Made by a program: the position numbers and the translations under genes
Part shown: in pieces, positions 8,068-16,718 of the stretch
How positions within the stretch are numbered: the first letter of the stretch is position 1
How the letters are laid out: every line of letters starts with the position of its first letter
DNA from: Candidatus Iainarchaeum sp.
GTDB lineage: Archaea; Iainarchaeota; Iainarchaeia; Iainarchaeales; 0-14-0-20-30-16
Direction: 5' to 3'
Assembly: GCA_028710695.1 (NCBI GenBank)
Contig: JAQTTP010000008.1
Span: 1-30,833 of the forward strand
Length of the DNA: 30,833 nt
Notes under the pieces: model-generated
The model's input: the letters and a program-made list of their open reading frames with translations, nothing else
Told to the model about the DNA's origin: nothing
The model's database searches: none

Positions 8068-8162
8068 TTAAAAATCAAGCAGTAGTAAGAATATATACTC
8101 GGAACCGCCAATATATAATATCTTATTTTAACTGATGAAACTAATGATTTGGAGGTATTATT

Positions 8163-9290
8163 GTGAATAAAATATTCGGTTGGTCTATTGCAGTAGTGGT
8201 AATTGCAGTAGTAATTGTATTAATTGCAGTATTCGGCGGAAGTAAGAGTGATGCGGATACTATAAAGATTGGATTCATGGCACCAATGAGTGGTGACATG
8301 GGGGTATATGGTCTATCTAGTAAGGGTGGTGCAGAATTAGCTGCAGATGATATGAATTGGACTATTAACGGGAAGAAAATAGAATTCATATATGAAGATA
8401 GTAAATGTGATGCAAAAGCAGCAAGTGAGGCAGCTAATAAGCTAATAGCTGTTGATGGAGTGAAGTACATAATTGGTTTTGTTTGTAGTTCTGAGATATT
8501 GGCTACTGCTCCAATAGCTGAGCAAGAAAAAGTAATTAATATTGGTGCATCAACAACATCTCCAGAATTGCAAAAAGCAGGAGAATATTCATTTGCAATG
8601 TATCCTTTGGATACCTTTGGTGCGAAGTATGATGCGGAATATATCTATAATAAATTAGGAAAGAGAAACGTTGCAATGTTGCTTTGTTTAAGTGACTGGT
8701 GTAAGGGTTATGAAAAACCATTTACTGAAACATTTACTGGTTTAGGCGGAAAAATAACTACTGTGGAATATAATGAAAAAGGAGCAAAAGATCTGAAAAC
8801 CCAGTTGTCAAAGATAAAAGAAACAAACCTGGATTTATTATATACAGTAGAATATAATGAAGAATTTACTGCACTAGTTACTCAATCAAAAGAGATGGGC
8901 TTAGAAACCACTATTTTTTCACCACAAATTGTAACTGAGGATGCAATCAGAACTTTAGGATCACAGATTGAGGGGTATTATACAGATGTAGTTAAATCTG
9001 ATATTGACCAATCTGCGTTTTTGGCAAAGTTGAAAACAAAAACAGGTCTAGAAACACCAGAAATAGATTTAACTGCGGGAAGATCTTATGATGCTATGTT
9101 CATGATAAAAGCAGCAATAGAGAAGGCGGGAACATCTACTGATATGGAGAAAGTTAAAGATGCTTTGTTGACAACAACTTTTACTGGAATAACGGGATAT
9201 CACGAATTCGATAAAGACGGGGTTCCTGCAAAAGGAAATTATGTTATTCAGAAAGTAGTAGATGGGAAACTTGTAGCACAATCACAATAA
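8163..9290 (+). CDS. ABC transporter substrate-binding protein 2 (LIV-binding-like)
   Basis: GTG start with SD GGAGGT 6 nt upstream. IKIGFMAPMSGDMGVYG..INGKKIEFIYEDSKCD..AANKLIAVDGVKYIIGFVCSSE. N-terminal TM anchor. Close paralog of SBP3. Confidence 0.85.
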   Translation: MNKIFGWSIAVVVIAVVIVLIAVFGGSKSDADTIKIGFMAPMSGDMGVYGLSSKGGAELAADDMNWTINGKKIEFIYEDSKCDAKAASEAANKLIAVDGVKYIIGFVCSSEILATAPIAEQEKVINIGASTTSPELQKAGEYSFAMYPLDTFGAKYDAEYIYNKLGKRNVAMLLCLSDWCKGYEKPFTETFTGLGGKITTVEYNEKGAKDLKTQLSKIKETNLDLLYTVEYNEEFTALVTQSKEMGLETTIFSPQIVTEDAIRTLGSQIEGYYTDVVKSDIDQSAFLAKLKTKTGLETPEIDLTAGRSYDAMFMIKAAIEKAGTSTDMEKVKDALLTTTFTGITGYHEFDKDGVPAKGNYVIQKVVDGKLVAQSQ

Positions 9291-9364
9291 TTCCTTCTTT
9301 CTTCTTTTTCTTTTTTTATTCTTATTTTCAATTATTTCAACAGTAAGGTTTATAACTCTTTTTG

Positions 9365-9379
9365 TACACATAATGTGTA
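9365..9379. promoter_or_regulatory. palindrome, candidate operator of the toxin-antitoxin operon
   Basis: TACACAT-A-ATGTGTA is a perfect 7+7 palindrome, 26 nt upstream of the likely antitoxin ATG (9405). Confidence 0.4.
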
Positions 9380-9650
9380 TACGATATGTATTTGGGGTGT
9401 ATTTATGTCTGAAGTAATATCTGCAAGAGTATCATTAAATGATTATTCAAACAGGGTTTTGGGTGTAATAAAGGCAAAATATAACTTAAAAGATAAAAGT
9501 GAAGCTCTTAATAAGTTTATTGATATGTATGGAACAAATGAAGTTGAACCAGAATTGAAAGAAGAATATGTACAGAAAATTCTTGAATTAGAAAAAAATT
9601 ACAAAAGTAAGCCTATGTCTAAAAAAGAATTTGATAGTCTATTTGAGTGA
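9375..9650 (+). CDS. putative antitoxin (ribbon-helix-helix-like)
   Basis: The likely start is ATG 9405 (MSEVISARVSL...) with GGGGTG 6 nt upstream. A beta-strand followed by two helices (ISARVSL / YSNRVLGVIKAKY / KSEALNKFIDMYG). Its stop overlaps the start of the downstream RelE-like gene (TGATG). Confidence 0.55.
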   Translation: MYTICIWGVFMSEVISARVSLNDYSNRVLGVIKAKYNLKDKSEALNKFIDMYGTNEVEPELKEEYVQKILELEKNYKSKPMSKKEFDSLFE

Positions 9651-9931
9651 TGTGGATGCTGAATTACGATGTGCATCCCCATCTAAGAAAGATTCTTCAA
9701 AAATTAAAAACCAAAGATAAAATTCGGTTAAAGATAATAAAAAATAAAATGGATGAAATTATATCCTCAACTGAAGAAACAATAGAGAACTATAAACCTC
9801 TAAGATACAATCTAAAAAATCAAAAACGAGTACATATTGACAAAAGTTTTGTTTTAGTCTTTAGCTATGATAAAAAAGAAAAATTAATTACTTTTTTAGA
9901 TTTTGATCATCACGACAACATATATAAATAA
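9647..9931 (+). CDS. relE: RelE/ParE-superfamily toxin
   Basis: About 92 aa. L.KL.KKD...I.NKMDEI....E.YKPL.Y.LK...RVHIDKSFVLVFSYD.....I.FLDFDHHDNIYK fits the RelE pattern (..R..+G.YR+.Y.+d....+.i..+.HR...Y). Translationally coupled to the upstream small gene. Confidence 0.7.
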   Translation: MMWMLNYDVHPHLRKILQKLKTKDKIRLKIIKNKMDEIISSTEETIENYKPLRYNLKNQKRVHIDKSFVLVFSYDKKEKLITFLDFDHHDNIYK

Positions 9932-9938
9932 GCGCTTG

Positions 9939-10670
9939 CTAATTTCTTAAAAATCCATTATCTTCCAAGTATTTGTATGCAACATTTCTTGCTTCTTTAA
10001 GTTGATAAAGATTATGGGCATCGCTATTAACCATAATTAGTTTTGCTTTTTCTAGCATGGCGTTTAGAACTTTTAAATTAGACTTTTCATTTAATAAATC
10101 TGAACCATTTACTTCTAAAGGAACATTATGCTTGTTTGCAAACTCTGTAAGCCTCTCGATGTCTATATGCTCAGAAGGATCTGCTATTGCACTTTGGTGT
10201 TTGGGGCTAAGTTCTGGGTGGCCAATACATTTTATTCTTTCTTTGTTTTTAAGAATTGCATTTTCATATCCTTCAGTTAGTTTGCCATAGTCTCCTTTAT
10301 AGGTTTCTGGGTGTGCAGAAAGAATAAGCCAATCAATTTCTTTTGAATGTTGATTCCCGCATATGTTTCCCTTTTCATCTAACAAATCTGCCTCTAGCCC
10401 AAATCTGACTTCAACATTATTAATAACATTTTTGTATCTATCTTTGTTCCAAAATGGGCCACCAGCATAAATTCCTTTTTCTATTCTCCAACAATCAATT
10501 GTTGCTTGAGAGTGATCAGTAATAGTTATTTCTTTAAGGCCAAAGATTCCAGCATAGGTTACCATTTCATCTACAGAGTTCAGGCCATCAGAATAGTTTG
10601 ATGTGTGCATATGATTGTCTGATAGTCTTGAGTTAACGATTTTAAAAGCCATAATATATTTTGTTGGCAA
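9939..10670 (-). CDS. PHP-domain metal-dependent phosphoesterase
   Basis: DNHMHTSNYSDG..VDEM...A...GLKEITITDHS, then SAHPE, IGHPE and NSDAHN histidine motifs. The likely start is ATG 10652 (MAFKIV...) rather than TTG 10670. Confidence 0.65.
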   Translation of the reverse strand: MPTKYIMAFKIVNSRLSDNHMHTSNYSDGLNSVDEMVTYAGIFGLKEITITDHSQATIDCWRIEKGIYAGGPFWNKDRYKNVINNVEVRFGLEADLLDEKGNICGNQHSKEIDWLILSAHPETYKGDYGKLTEGYENAILKNKERIKCIGHPELSPKHQSAIADPSEHIDIERLTEFANKHNVPLEVNGSDLLNEKSNLKVLNAMLEKAKLIMVNSDAHNLYQLKEARNVAYKYLEDNGFLRN

Positions 10671-10726
10671 TAGTTATTTATTTGTTTAAGTGATAATTTT
10701 ACTTATCAGCAGAGTTTGGGGATGTT

Positions 10727-11851
10727 ATGGTAAATAAAGTTTTTAGTTGGGCTGTTGTAGCCGTGTTAATTATAGTAATAGTTGTGTTGGTAGTTGTGTT
10801 TACTGGTGGGAATAGCGAAAAAGAAGTTATTAAGATTGGTGTTGTTGGGCCTTTGACTGGTGATATTGCTCAATATGGTTTATCTTACAACGCAGCAGTA
10901 GAGTTGGCGGCAGAAAAAGCAAATTATGAAATAGATGGAAAGAAAGTAGAATTTATAGTTGAAGATGGAAAATGTAATGGCACTGATGCAACAACAGCAT
11001 TTAACAAATTAATACATATTGATCAAGTAGATTTTATTATTGGTGGTTTTTGTAGTTCTGAGACCTTGGCTGGAATGCCAATTGCTGAGGCTTCAAAAAT
11101 TCTTACTTTGAGTCCAACATCAAGCAATCCAGGTTTAAAAAATGCTGGAGAATTTTTGGTTACTTTATATCCATTAGATGACTTTGAGGGCACTTTTGAT
11201 GCAGAATATGTGTATACTAAACTTGGTGCGAAAACAGTTGCCTTAATAGTAGAACAGAGCGATTGGCCCAAAGGAATTTCTGACGCATTCATAAAAAAAT
11301 ATGAAGAACTTGGGGGAAAAATTGTTGCAAAAGAATCCAATGAACAGAATGCCAAGGATTTAAAAATGCAATTGACTAAAATTGCAAGCCTAAACCCAGA
11401 TTTAATATATGTTGCACAATATACTGGCTCTTTAGCTAATTTACTTACTCAGAGGCAGGAACTAGGAATAACAATTCCTTTGATGGCACCGCAATTTATA
11501 GAAGATGGTCTAATAAAGACAGTTGGGTCTGCTGCGGAAGGAGTTTATGGATCTATAATTGATGTTCCAATAATGACTCAAGAAATGGAAATTGAAATAA
11601 AGGAACTTAGTGGGTTATCAATTCCAGAAAAAGTGTTTTCCTTGTTTGCCTATGATGCTTTTAACATTTTAAAGAAAACAATAGAAGACAAAAAAACACT
11701 TGATTCTACTGTGCTTAAAGATTATATGTTAACCCAAACTTATACAGGGTTAACTGGAAGCTACATTTTTGACAAGGACGGCGGAAACATTTCAGCAGCC
11801 TTTAAAGTAGAGAAAGTTGTGGATGGAATAAGAGTAACCCAACCACAATGA
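10727..11851 (+). CDS. ABC transporter substrate-binding protein 3 (LIV-binding-like)
   Basis: IKIGVVGPLTGDIAQYG..IDGKKVEFIVEDGKCNG..FNKLIHIDQVDFIIGGFCSSE. Colinear with SBP2 through to the end (..KVVDGIRVTQPQ versus ..KVVDGKLVAQSQ). Confidence 0.85.
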   Translation: MVNKVFSWAVVAVLIIVIVVLVVVFTGGNSEKEVIKIGVVGPLTGDIAQYGLSYNAAVELAAEKANYEIDGKKVEFIVEDGKCNGTDATTAFNKLIHIDQVDFIIGGFCSSETLAGMPIAEASKILTLSPTSSNPGLKNAGEFLVTLYPLDDFEGTFDAEYVYTKLGAKTVALIVEQSDWPKGISDAFIKKYEELGGKIVAKESNEQNAKDLKMQLTKIASLNPDLIYVAQYTGSLANLLTQRQELGITIPLMAPQFIEDGLIKTVGSAAEGVYGSIIDVPIMTQEMEIEIKELSGLSIPEKVFSLFAYDAFNILKKTIEDKKTLDSTVLKDYMLTQTYTGLTGSYIFDKDGGNISAAFKVEKVVDGIRVTQPQ

Positions 11852-11913
11852 TTTTTTTATTTCAACTCTTTAACCACAAACTTAAGTTTATATAACTATA
11901 TACCCTATTTTTT

Positions 11914-12798
11914 ATGGAAAATGGGGTAACTATGTTTAATTATCTTTTTACTGTGTTAGTGTTCTTCATTTACAACCTTTTAACTGCAGTAGCAGCTAAC
12001 TTGACTATCGGATATTTGGGTCTATTCAACTTGGGATTAATTGCATTTGTGGGAATAGGTGCTTACTCTTATGCCCTAGTAACAAAAGCGGGGCTGGGAT
12101 TCTGGCCTGCTGCCTTAGTGGCGATTGTGCTTCCTGGGCTTTTTGCTATTGCTTTGCAGCTTATAACAAAGAAGCTAAAAGGAGACTATTTTGGAATTGC
12201 TACTTTGGGGTTTACTTATGTTGTTTTTGCAATTCTAATCAATTCAGAGTTCTCAAATGGTGCTTTTGGGATTGCCGGTATTGCAAAACCCGAGATCTTT
12301 GGGTATGTGTTTAGAACCCCTGGGGAGTTCTTATTTTTCTCAACAATTGTGCTTGTAATTGTAATGCTAATAGTTTGGAAGCTTGTTAACTCGCGGTTCG
12401 GAAAACTGATGGAAGCTATAAGAGATGACGAAGTTTCTGTTAAGGTTCTTGGAAAAAATACAAACGCAGTAAAATACAAAGTTCTGTTCTTTGCAGGGGC
12501 AATCTGTGGATTAGCGGGTCTAATCTTTGCAAGTTTTATAACATTTATAGACCCTTATTCTTTCTTGCTCCAGCCTTTGATTGTAATTTTAACTATTGCT
12601 ATTCTTGGCGGGTTGGCATCTTTCTGGGGGCCTGTGCTTGGGGCAGCAATTATTACTTCTGTACCAGAGATTTTGAGATTTGTAGGGCTTCCATCTTCTA
12701 TTCTGGGGCCAGCAAGAATTCTGATTTATGCAATTATCTTAATCTTGGTTTTAATATATTGGCCTAAAGGCTTAATGGGCAGAATAAAGTATGATTAG
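11914..12798 (+). CDS. livM: branched-chain amino acid ABC transporter permease, LivM-type
   Basis: LTIGYLGLFNLGLIAFVGIGAYSYAL is the LivM signature region. About 8 TM segments. An alternative SD-led start exists at ATG 11932 (GGGGT upstream). Confidence 0.9.
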   Translation: MENGVTMFNYLFTVLVFFIYNLLTAVAANLTIGYLGLFNLGLIAFVGIGAYSYALVTKAGLGFWPAALVAIVLPGLFAIALQLITKKLKGDYFGIATLGFTYVVFAILINSEFSNGAFGIAGIAKPEIFGYVFRTPGEFLFFSTIVLVIVMLIVWKLVNSRFGKLMEAIRDDEVSVKVLGKNTNAVKYKVLFFAGAICGLAGLIFASFITFIDPYSFLLQPLIVILTIAILGGLASFWGPVLGAAIITSVPEILRFVGLPSSILGPARILIYAIILILVLIYWPKGLMGRIKYD

Positions 12799-13543
12799 TG
12801 GTGTTATGGAAAATATATTGCACACAAGAGGAGTAACAAAAGCATTTGGTGGAGTGAAAGCTCTGCATAATGTCTCCATTGATGTGCTAAGTGGGAAGAT
12901 AACTGCACTCATAGGCCCAAATGGAAGCGGGAAATCTACTCTTTTTGAAATTATATCTGGATTACAAAAGCAAGATCAAGGGAAGCTATATTTCAGAGAA
13001 AAAGAGTTTAGTAAGTTAAGCCCTTATAGAAGAGCAAATCAAGGGATTGCAAGGACTTTCCAGCAGGTCAGGTTGTTTAAGAATCTGGAACTGGCAGACC
13101 ATATAGAATTTGCGGTTGATAATGGGGATACAGGTTTTTTCAAGAATCTGTTTACAAGAACAAGACTTAGTGAGGATAAGCTTAGGGCAGCATTGGATAA
13201 GGTGGGCTTGGATAAGAGGGCAGATACTCAAGCACATAACTTGAGCTATGGCCAAAGAAAGCTTTTGGATTTGGCGGTTGCTTTGGCAAAGCCACATGAT
13301 CTTTTAATGTTGGATGAACCAGTAGCTGGAGTGACCCCTAAACTAAGAACCGAGATAAAACGGATCCTATTAGAAGAAAAGAAAGCCGGGAAGAGTATAT
13401 TGCTTATAGAGCACGATATGGATTTTGTTATGGGCATTGCAGATATAGTTTATGTATTGGGGCAAGGAGAAGTAATTGCAAAAGGAACTCCTAATCAAGT
13501 GAAGAAGAACAAAGCAGTGTTGGAAGCATATTTAGGTGAATAA
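12791..13543 (+). CDS. livG: ABC transporter ATP-binding protein, LivG-type
   Basis: Walker A GPNGSGKST, RTFQQVRLF, signature LSYGQRK, Walker B LLMLDEPVAG, and the LivG-type C-terminus ..VLEAYLGE. Overlaps the livM stop. Confidence 0.9.
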   Translation: MISGVMENILHTRGVTKAFGGVKALHNVSIDVLSGKITALIGPNGSGKSTLFEIISGLQKQDQGKLYFREKEFSKLSPYRRANQGIARTFQQVRLFKNLELADHIEFAVDNGDTGFFKNLFTRTRLSEDKLRAALDKVGLDKRADTQAHNLSYGQRKLLDLAVALAKPHDLLMLDEPVAGVTPKLRTEIKRILLEEKKAGKSILLIEHDMDFVMGIADIVYVLGQGEVIAKGTPNQVKKNKAVLEAYLGE

Positions 13544-14669
13544 TATGAATAAGTTATGGTCTTGGGGAATAGGGGCATTGGTAATTTTACTTGTTGTATT
13601 TTTGATTATTATCTCTTTTAGTCCTAAAGAAACAGGAATAATAAAAACGGGGGTAATTGCTCCTTTAACGGGAGTAAGGGCTGATGCAGGAGAATATATT
13701 TCTAATGCAATTGCTATTGCAAAGGAAGAACTTGATTCAAATAAAGACAAGAAATACAAACTAGAATTTGTCTTTGAGGATTCTCAATACAAACCCGATA
13801 TTGCAGTAACTGTGGCAAATAAATTACTTGATTATGACAATGTAAATTATATTATTGGTCCAAGCGGGTCTTCCGAAGTACTTGCCGTAGCCCCTATAAC
13901 AGAAGAACAGAAAAAAATACTTATGATTCCTGGTGCACAAACTCCAGAAATATCTGATGCTGGAGAATATATATTTAGGTTAATGCACAATAGTGCTCAG
14001 GAAGCACCAATATTTGCAAAATTTGTTGCAAAGAATATGAAAAGTGATACAATACATCTACTTGTAATTAACACCGCCTTTGGGTCAGGTTACCTAAAGT
14101 ATTTTGTTCCTGCTTTAGAAGCAGAGGGAAAAAAGGTAGGATTAATAGAATATTTTGAATCTTCAGAAATGGATTTTAAGCAGCCTCTTGCAAAAATTAA
14201 ATCTGAGAATCCAACAGATATTTTTCCAATGTCTACTGCTAAGCAATTTGGAACTATATTGGTTCAGGCAAAGGAGATTGATTTAAATGCTCAATTCTAT
14301 ATGGTTGGAACAGAAGGCCCAGATTTGGTTAAAATTGCTGGCTTTCTTGTCGAAGGGGTAAAATACCCTTATTCTTATGATGCTTTAAGTAGTGATGACA
14401 GTAAGGTAAAAGTTTTTTATAATAACTACTTAAACAAGTTTAAATCAGAGCCAGATACAATTGCAGCCAATACTTATGATGCAGTAATGTTACTAAGTAA
14501 CTGCTTCGAAAAATTTGGAGACAAAGTAGAAGAAGTAAAAACCTGCTTATACAATACAAAAAATTATTTTGGTGTAAGCGGAACATTTAGCATTGACTCG
14601 AAAGGGGACGCAGTAAAAAAAATAATAATTAAGACAGTTAAAGATGGAAAGTTTGTAAAATATGAGTGA
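13536..14669 (+). CDS. ABC transporter substrate-binding protein 4 (LIV-binding-like, divergent)
   Basis: IKTGVIAPLTGVRADAGE..KYKLEFVFEDSQYKPD..ANKLLDYDNVNYIIGPSGSSE. Overlaps the livG stop. The likely start is ATG 13545 after AGGTGA. Confidence 0.8.
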   Translation: MNNMNKLWSWGIGALVILLVVFLIIISFSPKETGIIKTGVIAPLTGVRADAGEYISNAIAIAKEELDSNKDKKYKLEFVFEDSQYKPDIAVTVANKLLDYDNVNYIIGPSGSSEVLAVAPITEEQKKILMIPGAQTPEISDAGEYIFRLMHNSAQEAPIFAKFVAKNMKSDTIHLLVINTAFGSGYLKYFVPALEAEGKKVGLIEYFESSEMDFKQPLAKIKSENPTDIFPMSTAKQFGTILVQAKEIDLNAQFYMVGTEGPDLVKIAGFLVEGVKYPYSYDALSSDDSKVKVFYNNYLNKFKSEPDTIAANTYDAVMLLSNCFEKFGDKVEEVKTCLYNTKNYFGVSGTFSIDSKGDAVKKIIIKTVKDGKFVKYE

Positions 14670-15396
14670 TTATATTATGGCTGTTGTTAAAGACCAAGGT
14701 AAGAAGTTTGGACTTGCAAAAAGTAAAGACTTTGATACTCTATACTTTAAGTATAACAAAAAGCTTTTGGGATTACTAGTTGATAAAATAAAAACAAAAA
14801 AACCATTAATTGCGGACTATGGTGGAGCGAACTCTATCTTAGGGAAAGAACTACTGAATTTATTGGATAAAAAAAAGATTGTGGCGAGTATTGATAATAT
14901 TGATTCTGATTCAAAAAAATTCATTAAAGTAAAAGGTATAAAAAACATAAAGGCGGATTTTCTGAAGCCTTTGGAAAAAGAAAAATATGACTTTGCAATG
15001 TCTAGGCATACTTTACACTATCTAAACAAAAAAGACCAAAGCAAATTTCTGGATAATGTTTATGCTAGCTTAAAGCCGAATGGATATTTCTTGTTGATTA
15101 TGTTTGTTAATTCAGAAGATGTACTTAGAAAAATAAAGATAAAGATTGAGGAATACCTAAAACATAAAAAGAACATTTATCGGCAGATGTTTAGTGATGA
15201 GAGTTTTTTGGATTTAGCAGAGAAGTCCAAATTTAAGGTGATAAAAACAAAGAAGGTTAATTATACAATTTCAATTAATGATTTTTATAAGAATAGATTT
15301 AATTTATCAAAAACACAAGTTAAAGAGATAGAAAAAACTATTTGCAAGAAACATAAAGAATCAATAGTGGCCGTATTGCTAAAGAAAGGTGAATAG
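14662..15396 (+). CDS. class I SAM-dependent methyltransferase-like protein
   Basis: Degenerate motif I IADYGGANSILG, then ASIDNIDSD, YDFAMSRHTLHYL and LKPNGYFLL. The ATG overlaps the SBP4 stop by 8 nt. Confidence 0.55.
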   Translation: MSDYIMAVVKDQGKKFGLAKSKDFDTLYFKYNKKLLGLLVDKIKTKKPLIADYGGANSILGKELLNLLDKKKIVASIDNIDSDSKKFIKVKGIKNIKADFLKPLEKEKYDFAMSRHTLHYLNKKDQSKFLDNVYASLKPNGYFLLIMFVNSEDVLRKIKIKIEEYLKHKKNIYRQMFSDESFLDLAEKSKFKVIKTKKVNYTISINDFYKNRFNLSKTQVKEIEKTICKKHKESIVAVLLKKGE

Positions 15397-15931
15397 AATG
15401 GTGATTAGGGAAATCGCCAAAGTATTGAGGTTAGATCCAAAATCCCGGTTAAAACGAAAAATAAAATCCCCCGAGGATGCAAAAATAGTTATTGAAACCT
15501 TAAAAGAAGAGATTGAAAAAAGAAAGAGAACTGTAGAATTTATGAAACAAAATGTTAAAATTGTTAAAGCAGGTAATAACACAAAAAGGTTTCAATTAGT
15601 TACCCCCGGGGGTAAAGTTGTCGCCAGTGTTAGTTGTAGCCACCTAAAGCAGGGGTTATGGGAAGGCCATGATTTATATGTTGGCTCTTATTATTTTTCT
15701 AAAGTTGAATATCGGCAGCTAGGTCTTGCAAAATTTTTGTTGGGCGCGTTAAGGGAATATTTAACAAAGAAAAATGCTACTGCCTTGCTTTTTAATGCAA
15801 AACCTGGCCTTGCAGAATTTTATGAGAAGTTGGGGGCAGTTAAAGATCAGAGTCGTAGTGAAGTGGTAGCATTTGGGCTAGTTCCAATGAAGTTTGTATT
15901 ATCGCCAGGAATAGAAGTAGGGGGGAAATAA
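15389..15931 (+). CDS. GNAT-family N-acetyltransferase with a basic helical N-terminal extension
   Basis: Motif A-like YRQLGLAKFLLGALREYL, followed by ..FNAKPGLAEFYEKLGA. The likely start is ATG 15398 after AAAGGTGA. The stop abuts the livF ATG. Confidence 0.6.
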   Translation: MNRMVIREIAKVLRLDPKSRLKRKIKSPEDAKIVIETLKEEIEKRKRTVEFMKQNVKIVKAGNNTKRFQLVTPGGKVVASVSCSHLKQGLWEGHDLYVGSYYFSKVEYRQLGLAKFLLGALREYLTKKNATALLFNAKPGLAEFYEKLGAVKDQSRSEVVAFGLVPMKFVLSPGIEVGGK

Positions 15932-16642
15932 ATGTTAAGTATACATAACCTTAATGCAGGATATGAAGAACTGAAGGTCCTGAAGAATGTTGATCTTGAG
16001 TTCCAAATGGGGGAATTTGTGTCTATAATTGGACCAAATGGAGCAGGAAAGTCCACTGTGTTGAAATCTATATTTAATATTGCTACCTTGGAAAAAGGGT
16101 CGAGCATAAAGTTCGAGGATAAAGAGCTTGTGGGTCTGAAGCCATATCAGCTGATATTTGAAGGTGTTGCATATGTTCCGCAAGGGAGAATAAACTTTGC
16201 AGATCTTACAGTAGAGGAAAACTTGCTTATTGGAAACTATTATCTAAAAGACAAAAAGGTTTCAGAACAGAATCTTGAAAAGGTATATAAATTCTTTCCA
16301 GAATTACACAAATTCAAGAAGAAGCTTTCGTATGCTTTGAGTGGCGGACAACAACAAATGCTTGCAATAGGGCGAGCAATGATGTTAGACCCTAAAGTGC
16401 TTTTGTTGGATGAGCCTTCTTTAGGATTAAGCCCCAAATTAATAAAAGAAACCTTTGCAAAAATAAAAGAAATTGCTGAATCAGGAGTACTAGTTTTAAT
16501 GGTTGAACAGAATGCAAAGAAAGCAATGGAATGTACAGACAAAACAGTTGTGCTTGAAGGTGGAGAATTGAAATTGTTTGGGAAAAGTAAAGACCTATTA
16601 AAAGATCCTAAATTAGGAAAAGTGTTTTTTGGCGGGGAATAA
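15932..16642 (+). CDS. livF: ABC transporter ATP-binding protein, LivF-type
   Basis: Walker A GPNGAGKST, AYVPQGRINFADLTVEENL, signature LSGGQQQ, Walker B LLLLDEPSLGL. Confidence 0.9.
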   Translation: MLSIHNLNAGYEELKVLKNVDLEFQMGEFVSIIGPNGAGKSTVLKSIFNIATLEKGSSIKFEDKELVGLKPYQLIFEGVAYVPQGRINFADLTVEENLLIGNYYLKDKKVSEQNLEKVYKFFPELHKFKKKLSYALSGGQQQMLAIGRAMMLDPKVLLLDEPSLGLSPKLIKETFAKIKEIAESGVLVLMVEQNAKKAMECTDKTVVLEGGELKLFGKSKDLLKDPKLGKVFFGGE

Positions 16643-16702
16643 GCAAGAATAAGGTAAGAGTAACAGGTCTATTTCCCTATAAGAATAAAAGAAAAAAGAG
16701 GG

Positions 16703-16718
16703 GCTCCTAATTAGGAGC
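16703..16718. terminator. perfect 16-nt palindrome between convergent genes (bidirectional terminator candidate)
   Basis: GCTCCTAATTAGGAGC, preceded by an A-rich run. It contains the last codons and stop of the minus-strand esterase gene. Confidence 0.45.

Noticed and set aside
8128-8140. CTGATGA as the C box of a C/D-box sRNA (also ATGATGC near 21948)
   Set aside because: No matching D/D' (CUGA) and C' boxes occur at appropriate spacing, and there is no terminal stem. The sequence lies in the 5' leader/promoter of SBP2.
16662-16682. Possible degenerate fourth copy of the intergenic repeat element (AACAGGTCTATTTCCCTATAA)
   Set aside because: Only 13/21 matches to copy C, and the upstream CCTRACT box is missing. 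This is not distinguishable from chance in AT-rich DNA.
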